IMG/VR virus record: IMGVR_UViG_3300022555_000023
Coordinates: 8,095 to 72,094 of that record
Direction: 5' to 3' (one strand)
DNA length: 64,000 nucleotides
Source of the DNA: a virus
Lineage: Duplodnaviria; Heunggongvirae; Uroviricota; Caudoviricetes
Shown: positions 61,990 through 64,000 of the stretch, piece after piece
Numbering within the stretch: the stretch's first letter is position 1
Layout: each line of letters opens with the position of its first letter
Notes under the pieces: generated by a model
What the model saw: only the letters and a program-made list of their open reading frames with translations
The model's database searches: none
What the model was told of the DNA's origin: nothing
Position numbers and translations under genes: made by a program

Positions 61990-62457
61990 CTTGTTCATTC
62001 TGCCGTAGAACGATCATATCGTTCGCGCCTGCATGTCGTTGACGCATTGCTGGCTTAACCGTTTTCGATACCATCGGTCGCTACGAGCTACCTACTGCAT
62101 CGTTCGTATCTAACCACCTCCGCTATCACCGTAGTATGCTAGGTAGGAGTGCAAACCCAGCGCGTCTACGAGCACATCGTCGTCTGATCCAAGAACAAAC
62201 CCGTCGCTTCGCAATCGGGTGGTGAAGGCTGGTCTCGCAGGCAACCCTGCCGCCTTGCGTTGACAGGCCATGCTGCGGTCGAGTGGAACGCCCATCAGGT
62301 GTGCTCAAGCGCGTCCATCCCAATCCGTCCTGATTCCGGCCAGCCCTCACCACCCGCCTCTCCCCCACTGGGACTGAGAGGCGAAGCCTTGCGGCTACCC
62401 ACCAGTCTACCCGTCGCCGGGTTTTCCTTCTAGTGCAGGTAGTCGCAATCATTCGGT
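61990..62457 (-). ncRNA. candidate structured non-coding RNA
   Basis: No convincing ORF. 17-bp long-range helix (62340..62356 with 62215..62232; its G-U pair is only valid on the minus-strand transcript). GCAA tetraloop hairpin at 62385..62396. 7-bp hairpin at 62356..62382. Confidence 0.35.
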
Positions 62458-63780
62458 TCAGCTTTCGCTGCGGCGGCGTCCCTCGGCCACGCGATCCCGC
62501 AAGCTCGTGCGTGCGGGCGGGGCGTCGTCGGCATCGGCGTCGCGGCTTCGGCTGCGGGTCTCGCGGGCCGGTGGGTCAGTAGCCTCCTCGGCAGCACGGC
62601 TGCTGCGGCGGCGGGCTGGCGGGGCGTCGTCGTGGCCCGTGTCGCGGGCTGGCGGCGGGTCACGGTCGTCATCGACGTCCGCGTCGGCTTCTCGGCTGCG
62701 GCCCCCGTTGCGGCCAGCACGGGCCGGTGGCGGGTCATCGTCGTGGTCGTCGCGGTCGCGTCCTCGCCCACGTGCGGGCGGCGGATCATCATCAACGTCA
62801 GCGTCGCGTCCCCGGATCGCCGGTCGGCGGGCTCGGTTGTCGTCATCGTCGTCGGCGATATCGCGTGCTCGGCTACGGCTGCCGCGATCACCATCGTCGT
62901 CGTCGCGGGCGTGCCTGCGGTCGTCACCGCGATTTCCACCGCCTCGGCGATCATCTCCACCTTCGTCGCGGTTGCGGCGTTGCCCGGCCAGAGCAGCCTT
63001 GATGTGCTCATAGTCGTGGAAGGTGAGAAGCTCGGGAATCGGATTCTCGGCGATGGTACGCAACCAGTCGTCCTGACGGTCAGGGTTGTCGCTCAGCGGC
63101 GTGCTGCGGCGAGCAATGGCGATGCCACCGTACTTCGTCTTGATGCCGGTGCCGGTCACAGAAAACTCGATGTCGAATCCCTCCTCGGGATGATCGATGC
63201 ACACGGCTTCGCGGGTTTCCTTGTCCATGCTCAGCTTGTTCAAGTCGCGGTCCATCGACCACGCCATGTTCCAAAGCTGCGGGCCACTGTTGCGTTCGTC
63301 GCGGTCGATCACGTATGCGATCACCCGCTTTGTCGGCTGAAGGTTGCGGATGTAATCGTCGAAGTCCTTATCCGCCATCGACATCCCAGCAGCACCCAGT
63401 GCGGCGACGCGTTCACGCTCTTCGCACACCGGGCAGGCTTCGCCCTTCATCTTCTTCAGGCAGAAGTACTTCTGATTGTCCGCGCCCACGCTGAAGTGAA
63501 CATAGACCTCCAGGCCAAAGTCATCGGCACCTTCCGGATCCCAGTCGTCGGAACGTGTGGGATGGACGATCCCCAGTTCTTCCAGCAGATGATCGTTCCA
63601 CGACGGCGGGCAGATACGCAGCCGCCAGTCGCCCTCCTTGATGGAGACGACGTCAACATCGCTGCGGAACAGCGAGTCGAAAGCACCACCGCTCTGGTTG
63701 GCACGCCGCTGTACGGTGGCCGATGAGCGTTCGCGGTATTGAAAACCGCCGCGATTTCGGTCGTTGCCTCTTGTAGGCAT
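62458..63780 (-). CDS. gp32-like single-stranded DNA-binding protein with repetitive Asp/Arg/Pro tail
   Basis: H-x11-C-x8-C-x2-C (YVHFSVGADNQKYFCLKKMKGEACPVCEE) mirrors the T4 gp32 zinc site. The C-terminal ~170 aa carry six D-rich (P)PPAR repeats. Confidence 0.75.
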   Translation of the reverse strand: MPTRGNDRNRGGFQYRERSSATVQRRANQSGGAFDSLFRSDVDVVSIKEGDWRLRICPPSWNDHLLEELGIVHPTRSDDWDPEGADDFGLEVYVHFSVGADNQKYFCLKKMKGEACPVCEERERVAALGAAGMSMADKDFDDYIRNLQPTKRVIAYVIDRDERNSGPQLWNMAWSMDRDLNKLSMDKETREAVCIDHPEEGFDIEFSVTGTGIKTKYGGIAIARRSTPLSDNPDRQDDWLRTIAENPIPELLTFHDYEHIKAALAGQRRNRDEGGDDRRGGGNRGDDRRHARDDDDGDRGSRSRARDIADDDDDNRARRPAIRGRDADVDDDPPPARGRGRDRDDHDDDPPPARAGRNGGRSREADADVDDDRDPPPARDTGHDDAPPARRRSSRAAEEATDPPARETRSRSRDADADDAPPARTSLRDRVAEGRRRSES

Positions 63781-63885
63781 GGGTTCACCTCATTGGTTAC
63801 AGGTTCTTGGTTCCAGCGTTACGGGTCGCCTTATCGTCCCGCTTGCTACTCCTACACTAAACACATCTGCCGTTGGCTTCCGCGA

Positions 63886-63999
63886 TCATTCTCGCGAGGT
63901 GCTGTTCATGCGACGTCGCTGGTCCGCCACGGCTTGGCGGGCCTCGTCACCTGCACGTTCTTCGGCGGCACGTCGGTCACCGGCGAGGCTTGCGTTGGC
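63886..63999 (-). CDS. hypothetical protein, 5' end beyond window
   Basis: Open frame from the window edge to TGA at 63886..63888. Confidence 0.4.
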   Translation of the reverse strand, partial: ANASLAGDRRAAEERAGDEARQAVADQRRRMNSTSRE

Positions 64000-64000
64000 C

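Noticed and set aside
62126-62452. 108-aa ORF directly after the SSB gene
   Set aside because: About 20 percent Arg plus Trp/Cys-rich, with no SD. The region is better explained by RNA secondary structure, although I cannot formally exclude a small basic protein.
1-64000. tRNA, rRNA, integrase, att sites, transposases, capsid, portal and terminase large subunit
   Set aside because: I could not recognise any of these by eye. Whether this is a free phage genome or a prophage, and where the morphogenesis core lies, cannot be decided from this window.

Overview
The window reads as an internal segment of a tailed-phage (Caudoviricetes-like) genome or prophage. I annotate about 125 tightly packed genes, all but two on the minus strand. 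Most are linked by 4-nt stop/start overlaps and preceded by AGGAG-type Shine-Dalgarno (SD) sites. I saw no rRNA, tRNA, CRISPR array, integrase or transposase.

Layout:
- 1-10.1 kb: five consecutive genes for Ala/Lys/Asp-rich proteins that share a repeated L-x-L-G-D-V-A-G-H-x-F-H-G-N-Q-Y module. I read them as virion-internal or ejected proteins.
- 10.6-11.3 kb: an unusual ~700-bp non-coding gap with a 15-bp tandem repeat and several hairpins.
- 11.6-13.7 kb: a SAM methyltransferase, a spermidine-synthase-like gene and an AdoMet-decarboxylase-like gene.
- 14-43 kb: many small zinc-ribbon, membrane and lipoprotein genes, an SPFH protein, a GDP-mannose-3,5-epimerase-like gene and HNH endonucleases.
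- 43.6-63.8 kb: a DNA replication/recombination module. It holds a 5'-3' exonuclease, a sigma region-4-like protein, a Dam-like methyltransferase, Rad50-like and Mre11-like proteins, a RuvC-like resolvase, a RecA-fold ATPase and a gp32-like single-strand DNA-binding protein (SSB). An HNH-rich island with a strand switch interrupts it.

Most interesting signals:
1. An Arg-rich E-R-R-R-I-Q-T peptide at the extreme N- or C-terminus of about 19 otherwise unrelated proteins, many of them DNA enzymes.
2. A strand-specific GTGTCTGG motif concentrated at gene junctions.
3. The repeated GHxFHGNQY module.
4. A ~470-nt ORF-poor region downstream of the SSB gene with long-range helices, a candidate structured RNA.

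All motif counts were made by eye and need computational confirmation.
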